DNA of 64,000 bases from an uncultured bacterium (lineage in GTDB: Bacteria; Myxococcota_A; Bradymonadia; UBA7976; VGTA01): positions 22,682-86,681 of the forward strand of contig CALSSE010000014.1 in the NCBI GenBank assembly GCA_943788935.1, in the 5' to 3' direction. Below are positions 8,374-17,248 of this stretch, piece after piece (the stretch's first letter is position 1; every line of letters begins with the position of its first letter). The notes beneath the pieces were generated by a model. The model saw only the letters and a program-made list of their open reading frames with translations. It made no database searches and was not told where the DNA came from. The position numbers and the translations under genes were made by a program.

Positions 8374-10092
8374 ATGCTAGAGTCTATTCTGATTCAAAAT
8401 TTCGCCTTGATCGATATGCTTCGCATCAAGATAGAACCTGGGCTGACCGTGATCACCGGCGAGACCGGTGCGGGGAAGTCAACTTTTCTGAAGGCGCTTC
8501 ATCTCATTAGCGGTGGACGTGCGCACACTAGCCTCATTCGTACAGGTACTGAAGAGTCTAAAATCGAAGCAAAATTTAACCTCAAGGAGGATAAACAGCT
8601 CTCGGATCTACTACGCTCACTGAGGATTAAGGATGGTAAGAAGATCGTCATCACTCGGGTATTGAGGAGGGGAGTGAAAGGCAAGAAGAGCGGGGCGAAG
8701 AACAGCGCCTTAATCAATGGGGTATCGGTGAGTATCTCTACGCTACAGAGGGTCATGAGCGCAGTCTTGGAGATCTCAGGTCAAGATGACGCGCACCACT
8801 TGCGACAGGCCTCAACTCACCTCAATCTTATCGATCAAGCCGCTAATCTTGAGGATAGTCGCCGCCTTCTTGAATCTACTTATCAGCAATTGGCGCAGAT
8901 CGATGATGAGCTACAGCTCTCATTTGATCGTCAAAAGAGCCAAACAGATCGTGAGGACTTCCTCAGCTTCCAGCTCATCGAGCTCACCGAGGCTCACCTC
9001 GAAGACCCATTAGAGGACGAGCGTCTACAGCAAAGGATCGCTCAACTCCGTAACGCTGCTCGACTCAAAGAAGACGCTTATACTGTCGAGAGGGTCCTCT
9101 ATACTCAGCAGAACTCGGCGATCGAATTGCTCAATCACGCGTTAAGTTCTCTTGAGCGACTCCTCGAGGTCGATGACACTTTAAGACCTTCTTACGATGA
9201 TCTACAAACCTCGCTAGCGATCACCGAGGACATCGCACGAAGTGCCTCAAGTTATGCTCGTGGACTCAGCAGTGACACCTCTGGACTAGGGGACATTGAA
9301 GATCGCTTCGATCTACTCAAGCGTCTCAAGAAGAAGCATCGAGGGACTCTCGCCGAGGTGATCACTCGTCGCGATGAAATCGCCAGAGAGCTAGTCAGCT
9401 TTGAGAGCTTGGAAGAGAGGATCCGAGTCCTTCGTGAGCAGCGTCGAGTAATTGGTCAGAGCTTATTGAGTCAAGCAGAAGCCTTGAGTAAAGCGCGTCA
9501 TCGCTTCGCACCCACCCTCTGCGCCTCGATTGAGCGAGAGCTCAAAGACCTGGGAATGTCTAAAGCTAAACTCGAAGTAGAGTTTATCCCTCAGCAGGCG
9601 AGCCAGGGCTGTGAGATCGGAGATGTGGTGGTTGGTCCGAGAGGGCTAGAACGAGCCAATCTCCTCATCAGCGCAAACCCCGGCGAACCACTTTTACCTG
9701 TGCAAAGTGCCGCTTCAGGTGGAGAGATTTCTCGAATCACTCTCGCCATTAAGCGAGTGATCGCCGACCTCGACCCGGTCAGCGTCTATGTCTTTGATGA
9801 AGTCGATGCAGGCGTAGGAGGGCCAACCGCAGAGGCCTTAGGGATGAAGCTCAAGCATGTCTCCCGATCACGGCAAGTACTCTGTATCACCCACCTCCCC
9901 CAAGTGGCGGGTATCGGAGACCAGCATCTCTTTGTCTCTAAACAGGTCAGAGGGGAGCGAACTCGCTCATTGATCAAGTCTCTTACTCGAGAGCAACGTA
10001 TCGAGGAGGTCTCCCGTATGCTTGGCGGAAAGAGGATCACCGATCGGACGCGCGCTAACGCGGAAGAGCTTCTCGGTCTCGGTGAAGCGTAA
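8374..10092 (+). CDS. recN: DNA repair protein RecN
   Basis: IQNFALID, Walker A TGETGAGKST, Q-loop EISGQ, coiled coil, ASGGEISRITLAIK, VFDEVDAGVGG, QVLCITHLPQVA; 572 aa. Confidence 0.97.
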   Translation: MLESILIQNFALIDMLRIKIEPGLTVITGETGAGKSTFLKALHLISGGRAHTSLIRTGTEESKIEAKFNLKEDKQLSDLLRSLRIKDGKKIVITRVLRRGVKGKKSGAKNSALINGVSVSISTLQRVMSAVLEISGQDDAHHLRQASTHLNLIDQAANLEDSRRLLESTYQQLAQIDDELQLSFDRQKSQTDREDFLSFQLIELTEAHLEDPLEDERLQQRIAQLRNAARLKEDAYTVERVLYTQQNSAIELLNHALSSLERLLEVDDTLRPSYDDLQTSLAITEDIARSASSYARGLSSDTSGLGDIEDRFDLLKRLKKKHRGTLAEVITRRDEIARELVSFESLEERIRVLREQRRVIGQSLLSQAEALSKARHRFAPTLCASIERELKDLGMSKAKLEVEFIPQQASQGCEIGDVVVGPRGLERANLLISANPGEPLLPVQSAASGGEISRITLAIKRVIADLDPVSVYVFDEVDAGVGGPTAEALGMKLKHVSRSRQVLCITHLPQVAGIGDQHLFVSKQVRGERTRSLIKSLTREQRIEEVSRMLGGKRITDRTRANAEELLGLGEA

Positions 10093-10103
10093 GTGATCTA
10101 TCC

Positions 10104-10913
10104 CTATCGATGAGTGCTATCGAAGATCTGATTGGCGTTGCCGGCGACGAAGCCCTCAAAAAGTATCCCGCTAGGGAGCGGGTAGCGGAGCGCGAACTCA
10201 TAGAAACAGGTGGGAACCTCAGCCTCAGTCCCACAGGCAAAGAGATACGGTCGGCGATCAGCGAGGGTAGAGGATTGGGCAAGATACACCTCAGACCCCC
10301 CTTTGATGAGACCTCCGACTTGGTTGAGAGCGAAATCTCGATCGAGCAGAAAGCGATTGACCTCTTGGAGTGCACTCAGCCCCTTTAAGTGGTTCACCGA
10401 GACGGTGAAGTGATTAGCGGTGAGCCCCATGGTCGCTAGCCACCCCGCGTACTCACTCTCTGCGGCAAGGCTTAGATAATCGGCATGACTCGGTGTGGGC
10501 CACGCTAACCCTCGATAGAGATCTCTGAGACTCAAGTCAGTAATATGGCACTGGGCGAGGAGCTGCTCTATGATTTGCTGTTGCTTATGCGGAAGCTCAG
10601 CCCGTCTCAGCTCACTAGCGAATATTTTGGGGGCCAAGGGGTCATCAGCGCGGAGGGCGATCGCGTTGAGATGCTTGTCTGGAAAATCATAATGAGCAAA
10701 GGGATGATAGCCAATCTGAGAGAGGACTCGACACAATGAGTCGAGATCGATAGGGCTCTGGTCAAAGGTGCGAAAGGCGACGTGGTCATTCACCACCACC
10801 TCTCCTCGCTCTAGAAAGAGTCGCTCGATGGTGAGCGCTTGCGGGGTATGCTGGGTATAAGATGCCCATAGCTCATTAAAGAAGGTGTTTTGGTTCATTT
10901 GCTCATGGTTCAT
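10104..10913 (-). CDS. DUF1338 / 2-oxoadipate dioxygenase-decarboxylase (HglS-like) family protein
   Basis: VVNDHVAFRTF, ESEYAGW, ANHFTVSVN, LAQSSTLAD, FYEFALRY, FEGFVAGNANQIFDST. Confidence 0.85.
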   Translation of the reverse strand: MNHEQMNQNTFFNELWASYTQHTPQALTIERLFLERGEVVVNDHVAFRTFDQSPIDLDSLCRVLSQIGYHPFAHYDFPDKHLNAIALRADDPLAPKIFASELRRAELPHKQQQIIEQLLAQCHITDLSLRDLYRGLAWPTPSHADYLSLAAESEYAGWLATMGLTANHFTVSVNHLKGLSALQEVNRFLLDRDFALNQVGGLIKGGSEVYLAQSSTLADRRPYLFACGTEAEVPTCFYEFALRYPLPSGILFEGFVAGNANQIFDSTHR

Positions 10914-11124
10914 CTGCTCTGACCGATCATATCAAGTGTAGCTAGTGCGATAATACCACTACGACCGAAGGGAGGGTACCACAGGGAAGCCGCTCAGTCA
11001 TAGGTGCTTAATACTCGAGGCTCAAGACTAAGATTAGCTAGAGGAAAAGATGGGAGGTCTTCCATTACTACTTCAATTCTCGATATAAGAATGTAGGGAT
11101 ACTCATCTAAGAATTTGATTAACG

Positions 11125-11196
11125 AGAGATTACAGAGATTACAGGAATTACAGAGATTACAGAGATTACAGGAATTACAGAGATTACAGAGAGTAC
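11125..11196 (+). repeat. Intergenic 9-bp tandem repeat x8 (AGAGATTAC/AGGAATTAC) with a 27-bp higher-order period
   Basis: Unit order A-A-B-A-A-B-A-A', ending about 20 bp before ATG 11218. Confidence 0.9.
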
Positions 11197-11217
11197 AGAG
11201 AGCGAGGCGAGTAAATC

Positions 11218-11886
11218 ATGTTAAGAGAAGCAGGGGAGAATGAGCCCTCACAACAGATAAAGAGAGCTCTCTCGATCGCGAGTGTACTGAAGAGATGGGT
11301 GCTGGTCGGGGGAGCATTGAGCGCTCTCTGTATGGGCTGCGCACCGACGCTAAGCGAGTCGCTGAACGCGACGACGTTGTCAGCCCCTATATCAGCAGAG
11401 GCTCCTATCTTGATCGATGTTGAAGCCTCTGAGTTGAGATGGGAGCCCCCCATTATCTTAGCTTCTCAAAATCAAGCGTATCAGATGCGGCAGCGACTCG
11501 CAGTTGCCTTACAGGCAACTTTGAATGGACAAAGTATCACCGCGACCAATCTAAAGAATCGACGTCCAGTCCGCTTCCTATTAAGAGTAGAGGACATCAC
11601 TCATGGGTACCTGAGGATGCTTTTCCCTTGTTTGATCTATTTTACGATTCTTGGATGTCCCGGAAGCGCAGTGAGCGCGCGGGTTTCTCTCACTTTAGAT
11701 TACCGCGGGGAGCTTTATCGTGTCTCCGCCTTCGGAGAGGCGATCTTTAACATCTATCAGTTTGGGCAGAGCGAGGAGCCACCTGAGCTAAGAGCTGTGG
11801 GGGTCGCGCTCGCCAAGGCGGTGAGAGAGCTCGCTAGAGAACTCAGACTCGATCAAGACACACCGCTCAATGAAGGAGGTCCATGA
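11218..11886 (+). CDS. Hypothetical lipoprotein
   Basis: 222-aa ORF with a hydrophobic segment ending LCMGC. Overlaps the next gene by ATGA. Confidence 0.65.
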   Translation: MLREAGENEPSQQIKRALSIASVLKRWVLVGGALSALCMGCAPTLSESLNATTLSAPISAEAPILIDVEASELRWEPPIILASQNQAYQMRQRLAVALQATLNGQSITATNLKNRRPVRFLLRVEDITHGYLRMLFPCLIYFTILGCPGSAVSARVSLTLDYRGELYRVSAFGEAIFNIYQFGQSEEPPELRAVGVALAKAVRELARELRLDQDTPLNEGGP

Positions 11887-12680
11887 TGAATAAGGTGAAG
11901 TCATCGGCGATCAGTCAGAGGCGAGGTCGAGCGAACCCTGTACTTTTGGGTACCCACTCTCTGGTAGCGACATTCATCATCGCGCTCACCCTACTAGTGT
12001 TAACAGGCTGTGCTCGCTCTTTTGTTGTCTCTGCGACCGCCACTAGAGATTTCCCTGAGACATGGTCCGAGACCCTCTCTAAGGTGGAAACAGCGCGAGA
12101 GGTCTCTCGATTGAAACGGTCCCCTCAGCTCGCCTCGGCTGAGTCTCAAATAGCACAACGCCCCCTCCCTCCTCCAAACTTCACGGGTGAGCTCGAGCGG
12201 GTCGCTGTTTTGGAGCTCTCTAATCGAGTCCCCAAACAGGTCAGCGTCGATGAGATCTCCTATCTCAGCGACCAGTTACGAACCGTAGCGAGCTATTTGC
12301 CAAAGTCTAAATATCTGGTGCTCACCAAGGAGAGCCTAGAGGTGCTCATCGATCCTTCGGTCAATGTAGAGGACTGTGTAGGTAAATGTGAAGTGGAGAC
12401 GGGTCGCTTAGTGGGTGCTCATTGGATCCTCACCGGCGAGGTGGTGCGTTTTGGTCGTAGTCTCAGGGTGAGCTTAAAGGTGCATAACACTCAGAGCGGT
12501 CAGTTTTTGAAGGGCACCTTCCTCAAGGGTAACTCGGTTGAAGAGCTTGAAGCACAACTTCATCGACAAGCGCTATCTCTCGTTAAAGAGGTCTCCCCAA
12601 AGTGGGGTCGATGGCTCGATCGAGTGACCTCTAAGGGCCTAGATAAGCAGTTGGAGTACTTGAGGGAGCGAACTCGATAA
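11883..12680 (+). CDS. Lipoprotein with CsgG/TolB-N/DUF2380-like alpha/beta domain
   Basis: Lipobox VLTGC; RVAVLEL...LSDQLR...VLTKESL...C...CEVETGRLVGAHWILTGEVVRFG...VSLKV pattern. Confidence 0.65.
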   Translation: MMNKVKSSAISQRRGRANPVLLGTHSLVATFIIALTLLVLTGCARSFVVSATATRDFPETWSETLSKVETAREVSRLKRSPQLASAESQIAQRPLPPPNFTGELERVAVLELSNRVPKQVSVDEISYLSDQLRTVASYLPKSKYLVLTKESLEVLIDPSVNVEDCVGKCEVETGRLVGAHWILTGEVVRFGRSLRVSLKVHNTQSGQFLKGTFLKGNSVEELEAQLHRQALSLVKEVSPKWGRWLDRVTSKGLDKQLEYLRERTR

Positions 12681-13197
12681 CGCCTCACTCACGATGAGCT
12701 GAGGTTAAGACAAGAGCGGTCCCTCTCATCGCTTGATTCACGACTTGAGATCATCGTACAGTTTTACTCTGAGGCTGTTTCAACTCTGAGGTGCTCAGTC
12801 CTCGCAAGCGCTCTCAACTTCGCCATAAAAGTTGATATTCACCGCCTCACCGACTCCTGTGTAAGCACTCATCGGAATGACTGTGCCTACGGCGGGCGTT
12901 ACCAGCCCCGAGATAACCAGCAGCTGGCCCATGAGTAGAAGAGATCGATGGCGCGTTGTCTGTGATCTCCATGTTGAGGTTTAAGTGTTCCTTAATCGCT
13001 ACTTGCGCGAGACTCGCTAGAAAAGACAGGGGGTATACTCAACTCACTTAAGAGACGCTCTAGCTCAGCTCCGTAAAATGAAATAACTTAGTTAAGAGTT
13101 TTATTTATCTAGATTGAATCATTAAACAAAGAGATTGCATGCTCTCACTATTTAATGTGAACTTTAGCTCTAAACTAAACCACTATTGGGAACGTGT

Positions 13198-15441
13198 ATG
13201 AATAGAAAAGTGTACCTATATTCATTAGGGTGCCTCATATTAATGATGGCATGTATAGATAATGCGACTTACCCGCTAGGCGGTGGTGATGACACCGGAG
13301 GAGCGAGAGCGAACATAAGTATCGCTGATCCTCGTGATGGGGGAAATACTTTTGAGAGTGCCGGCGAGAGGGCCGGCGAGAGTGCCGGCGAGAGTGCCGG
13401 CGAAAGTGCCGGCGAAAGTGCCGGCGAGAGGGCCGGTGAGAGGGCTGGTGAAAATGCTAGTGAAACCGCCGGTGAAATACCTGAGCAAGAGATTCGTTCC
13501 CCAAACATCATACTCATATTTGCTGATGACTTGGGATATGGCCACTTAGGGAGCTATGGTCAACGTGATATCCTCACACCTCATCTCGATCGATTAGCGA
13601 ATGAGGGAGTAAGGTTTACTCATTTTTACAGTGGGTCATCCTTCTGCCCACCCGCGAGGACATCTCTGCTGACAGGTTTGCATGGCGGTCGTATTCCAGT
13701 AAGACAGGTTGGCATCTATGATGATAACCAAGTCATTTTCCCAAGAGAGTTACAGGCCGCAGGTTATCGAACCGCTTTATTCGGAAAATGGGGCTTTAAC
13801 ACACACCAAAGAGGAGAAGAGATACGTGGTCCTGCCCCCACATCTCTTGGCTTTGATGAGTTTGTCGGGTTTCTCACCCATCGTGATGCTCATATGTATT
13901 ACCTTGATGGGACCGGGACAAACGGTAATAACCCTGTGGCTCAAACCCTGTTTGAAGGTGTAGGGGATTCACTGCAGCCATTAAATGTCTCCCCTGACCG
14001 TTATCTCCCTGATGAATTTCTTGATCGAGCGCTGCAGTTCATTGAAGAGAACAAAGATCAACCATTCTTTCTTTACTTTCCCAGCCAGCTACCTCATGCA
14101 GAGCTTGTTTCTCCACCTGAAGGGCTCGAACCTTATGTAGTGAATGGTCAGAGCATATTCTCGGAGAGTACTTTTGCGGGTAATCCTGCTTACCCCGATA
14201 CCGTGACTCAACCCTATGCGACCCTCGCTGCGATGATCTCACGCTTTGATCGCGATGTAGGTCTATTGATGGATAAGGTCAATGCTCTCGGCCTCGATTC
14301 AAATACCATTATTATAGTAACTAGCGATAACGGACCACATGTCGCAGGGGGTATTGTTGATCATAATCAGCTCAATGGCGCCCCTGGACTCTCGGGAAGA
14401 AAATTTGACCTATTTGAGGGGGGGATACGTGTTCCTCTAATCGCGAAATGGCAAGGGCAGTGGCCTTCAGCCTCCGTGATAGAAGGTCGCCACGCCTTAT
14501 GGGATATAGCGCCAACATTGAGAGAGTTAGCCGGAGTATCTCCACAACCTTCTGATGGTTTATCACTAGTGAGCAAGTTACAAGGCCAAGGGGGAATCAG
14601 TCATCAAAGGCTCTATTGGGAAACATATGCGTATGGAGGACAAAGTGTACGCACTGAAAACGGTTATCTTCAGCAAGAGGCAGCGATGATTCAAGACAAT
14701 ATAAAAGTGATTCGCGTCACTGAGGAGTACACGGGGAGTTATATCATCGCTTATGATCTCTCTCGAGGGGACCCCATAGAGACAATAGAGATGAGTATCG
14801 CTAACGATCTAGATAGCTGCCAATGGCTCCCTGATATCACTGAACAGCTTAATCAAGCTCATCAAGATGTAGAGGATGGCATTTTACCTCCAATACGGGC
14901 AATCTGTCAGCAAATTGGAGGTCAGGGTAATGATATTATTACCGGGATGAGTGGAGATGAGCGCCTCATCGGTCGAGGAGGAGATGACGAACTAAAGGGC
15001 CTAGATGGCGATGACGAAGTCTATGGCGGTCCCGGCAATGACAACCTGAATGGAAATATCGGGGAGGACTTTGTTCAAGGAAATACAGGGAACGATATCG
15101 TACATGGAGGACAGGGTAATGACACAGTTCGGGGGGGAAAGGGCGATGATGAGATCTATGGGGATCGAGGGAATGATACCCTTTATGGAGATCGCGGGAG
15201 TGACATCGCTTACGGTGGCGAAGGTGATGATATCTTCATCTATGAACGTTTTCATGACACCTTCACTATCTACCCCGACGAGTCAGGTATAGATGAGCTA
15301 CGCTGTATCGATGTTAGAGCCACGAGTGAGACCTATGAAGGTGCCGACCTCGTCTTGAGAATGGAGGCGAATGGGCTCATTAGACTCGTCAATCATCTAA
15401 ACAGCCCTACTATTGAGACTATTATTGATTGCAGGCCATAA
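13198..15441 (+). CDS. Arylsulfatase-family lipoprotein with AGE-repeat linker and C-terminal RTX Ca-binding repeats
   Basis: Lipobox LMMAC; PNIILIFADDLGYG; Cys-type CPPAR (CxPxR) followed by SLLTG; GKW, TSDNG, EGGIRVP; GGxGND nonapeptides near the C-terminus. ATG 13198 is preferred over TTG 13186. Confidence 0.92.
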   Translation: MNRKVYLYSLGCLILMMACIDNATYPLGGGDDTGGARANISIADPRDGGNTFESAGERAGESAGESAGESAGESAGERAGERAGENASETAGEIPEQEIRSPNIILIFADDLGYGHLGSYGQRDILTPHLDRLANEGVRFTHFYSGSSFCPPARTSLLTGLHGGRIPVRQVGIYDDNQVIFPRELQAAGYRTALFGKWGFNTHQRGEEIRGPAPTSLGFDEFVGFLTHRDAHMYYLDGTGTNGNNPVAQTLFEGVGDSLQPLNVSPDRYLPDEFLDRALQFIEENKDQPFFLYFPSQLPHAELVSPPEGLEPYVVNGQSIFSESTFAGNPAYPDTVTQPYATLAAMISRFDRDVGLLMDKVNALGLDSNTIIIVTSDNGPHVAGGIVDHNQLNGAPGLSGRKFDLFEGGIRVPLIAKWQGQWPSASVIEGRHALWDIAPTLRELAGVSPQPSDGLSLVSKLQGQGGISHQRLYWETYAYGGQSVRTENGYLQQEAAMIQDNIKVIRVTEEYTGSYIIAYDLSRGDPIETIEMSIANDLDSCQWLPDITEQLNQAHQDVEDGILPPIRAICQQIGGQGNDIITGMSGDERLIGRGGDDELKGLDGDDEVYGGPGNDNLNGNIGEDFVQGNTGNDIVHGGQGNDTVRGGKGDDEIYGDRGNDTLYGDRGSDIAYGGEGDDIFIYERFHDTFTIYPDESGIDELRCIDVRATSETYEGADLVLRMEANGLIRLVNHLNSPTIETIIDCRP
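13354..13476 (+). repeat. Coding 12-bp repeat (E-S/R-A-G), about 10 units
   Basis: GAGAGTGCCGGC variants in tandem. Confidence 0.9.
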
Positions 15442-15679
15442 TCTGAAGCCCCATTAATCCTCAAACTAGAGCTTAATAAACACTTGTTGACACTGAGACA
15501 TTGATGTCACGAACGTCAGTTCACAGTGATTGATTGATGTGAGCTCATTAGAGTCATCAAAACAGTTGCTACTCACTGCTTCATAAGATGTAAACAGGAG
15601 CACCTGTTGATCATAAGCACTAAATTATGAATCTCTTTTTCAGCACAGGGGGAACTAAGACAGTACCTCAACTATGGGT

Positions 15680-15695
15680 TGGCACAGGTCCTGCT
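15680..15695 (+). promoter_or_regulatory. Sigma54 (-24/-12) promoter
   Basis: TGGCAC-AGGTC-CTGCT with exact GG-N10-GC spacing, about 70 bp upstream of ATG 15766, which has a CAGGAG RBS. Confidence 0.7.
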
Positions 15696-15765
15696 GTTGT
15701 TGGATCCCATCAATCGCCTAACATCTCGTGGTTGGTAAACATCTAACAAAACACAGGAGAACATC

Positions 15766-17016
15766 ATGTCACCGATCTTTACTCATGCTACTAAGAAGAT
15801 GAACCACCTCTCAAGACTTACCCGCCCAATGAGCTTATTAAGCGTAGCTCTCCTTAGCTCAAGCGCGTTGATTGGATGTGGTGACATAGAGGTCTCCGGT
15901 CCACCCAATCATCTCGTGAACGATAACCACGATAACGGTATGATAGAACTCTTTAACAATGCCCCCATCGTGGGCAAATATGTCACCGGCTCTTCAGTTG
16001 TCTTCTCCTTGCAGAGGACAAATGATGGGGAGAGCGAGAGCCTCGATGAGCTCACGATTGAATCGAGCGACCCTGCTCTGCTCCGAGTCTCGGAAGGAGT
16101 AGAAAGCTGTATTGACAATAGATCTTGTTACGATATTGAGGCTGATCTAGAGTTCAATATTCGCTCTAAGCGCTTCGACGTTCTCGGCTCAGGAGATGTC
16201 ACTTTGACCTTTAAAGATGGTGATGAGGTGGTCTTGAGTCGTGAAGTTCAACTCGTCGATGCGAGCTCGCTCACCCTCTCTCGATCGGTCCCTCCAGCCC
16301 TCCAAGATGAGGTCAGCACCATAGCGGGTGAGGGAGAGAAGGTCGTCGTAGGCTCTGAGTTCTCTCTCCGCCTCAGAGCGATGTCACAAGTTGAGGGCGA
16401 AGAGCAGGAGATTGACATCTCTTCACTCACCGAACTTCCTAGCGGTGAAAACTTTAATCTTGAGCAAAGTGACCCCGTGAGTATGGGGACTCGTTTCCAT
16501 ATCACTCCTGAGTCAGAGGGAGCTCTCTCGATCCCTGTGAACGTCGGCGATCAATCAATCGAGATGAACTTTAATGTCGTCTCTAGCTCTGAGATCGTGG
16601 GTATAAATGTCGCTCATGAGACTTGGATAAACGAAATGCCTGAGGAAGAGAATAATCTTCCTAAGGGCAGAGCACTCGCCGTAGCGAAAGATGAAGAGGG
16701 CGCTCCAATCTTCGGTGCTGATATCATTTGGGAGCGACTCGATGGAGAAGAAGATGACGCAATGGTTGTCGATAGTTTCACCGGAAGTGAGCTGAACTTC
16801 ATCTATGAAGAGGGCGCTCAAGTCGCTTTCAAGGTCACTGTCGGCGAGGTGAGCGAAATCGTCTATCTCCCAGTGAATATCGAGCAGTTGAACGACATCT
16901 TCGGAGACAACGCCTTCGCTGACGGATGCGACGCTAAAGGAGATGTTTCAGGCAGCGCTCTCCTCACCCTCCTCCTCATGGGAATGATCGTGATGAGGCG
17001 TAGAGCGATCGCTTAA
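15766..17016 (+). CDS. Lipoprotein with Ig-like beta domains and C-terminal MYXO-CTERM-like anchor
   Basis: Lipobox ALIGC; C-terminus DGCDAKGDVSGSALLTLLLMGMIVMRRRAIA (Cys, TM, Arg cluster). Confidence 0.8.
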   Translation: MSPIFTHATKKMNHLSRLTRPMSLLSVALLSSSALIGCGDIEVSGPPNHLVNDNHDNGMIELFNNAPIVGKYVTGSSVVFSLQRTNDGESESLDELTIESSDPALLRVSEGVESCIDNRSCYDIEADLEFNIRSKRFDVLGSGDVTLTFKDGDEVVLSREVQLVDASSLTLSRSVPPALQDEVSTIAGEGEKVVVGSEFSLRLRAMSQVEGEEQEIDISSLTELPSGENFNLEQSDPVSMGTRFHITPESEGALSIPVNVGDQSIEMNFNVVSSSEIVGINVAHETWINEMPEEENNLPKGRALAVAKDEEGAPIFGADIIWERLDGEEDDAMVVDSFTGSELNFIYEEGAQVAFKVTVGEVSEIVYLPVNIEQLNDIFGDNAFADGCDAKGDVSGSALLTLLLMGMIVMRRRAIA

Positions 17017-17146
17017 TAACGAAGGTGAGGCGTGAGGGATAGAGACGACCCCATCCAACCAAGGTAACAGCGATGGGCTCTGCCCTGCAGATGGAGACTG
17101 TGGACAAGCAACAATGGACTTATCTGAGGTAGTTTACCAAGAAGCA

Positions 17147-17179
17147 GAGTGGGCGCTTGATTCTCAGGCGCTGCACTCT
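17147..17179. terminator. Stem-loop between convergent genes
   Basis: GAGTGGGCGCTTGA-TTC-TCAGGCGCTGCACTC imperfect hairpin with no clear U-tract. Confidence 0.35.
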
Positions 17180-17248
17180 CAAGATCTACTGCTACCCTAG
17201 CATATCAAGGTCACGCAAAGTTGAGCTAAATATCTAAGGTCAAAGAGC

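Noticed and set aside
12790-12972. Small minus-strand ORF (MGQLLVISGLVTP...)
   Set aside because: It is under 50 aa with no RBS or recognisable motif. It may be a gene fragment.
6700-15441. FGE domain acting as the maturase for the nearby sulfatase
   Set aside because: The FGE-fold domain lacks the catalytic Cys pair and is extracytoplasmic at the end of a repeat stalk. The genes are 6 kb apart and not in one operon.
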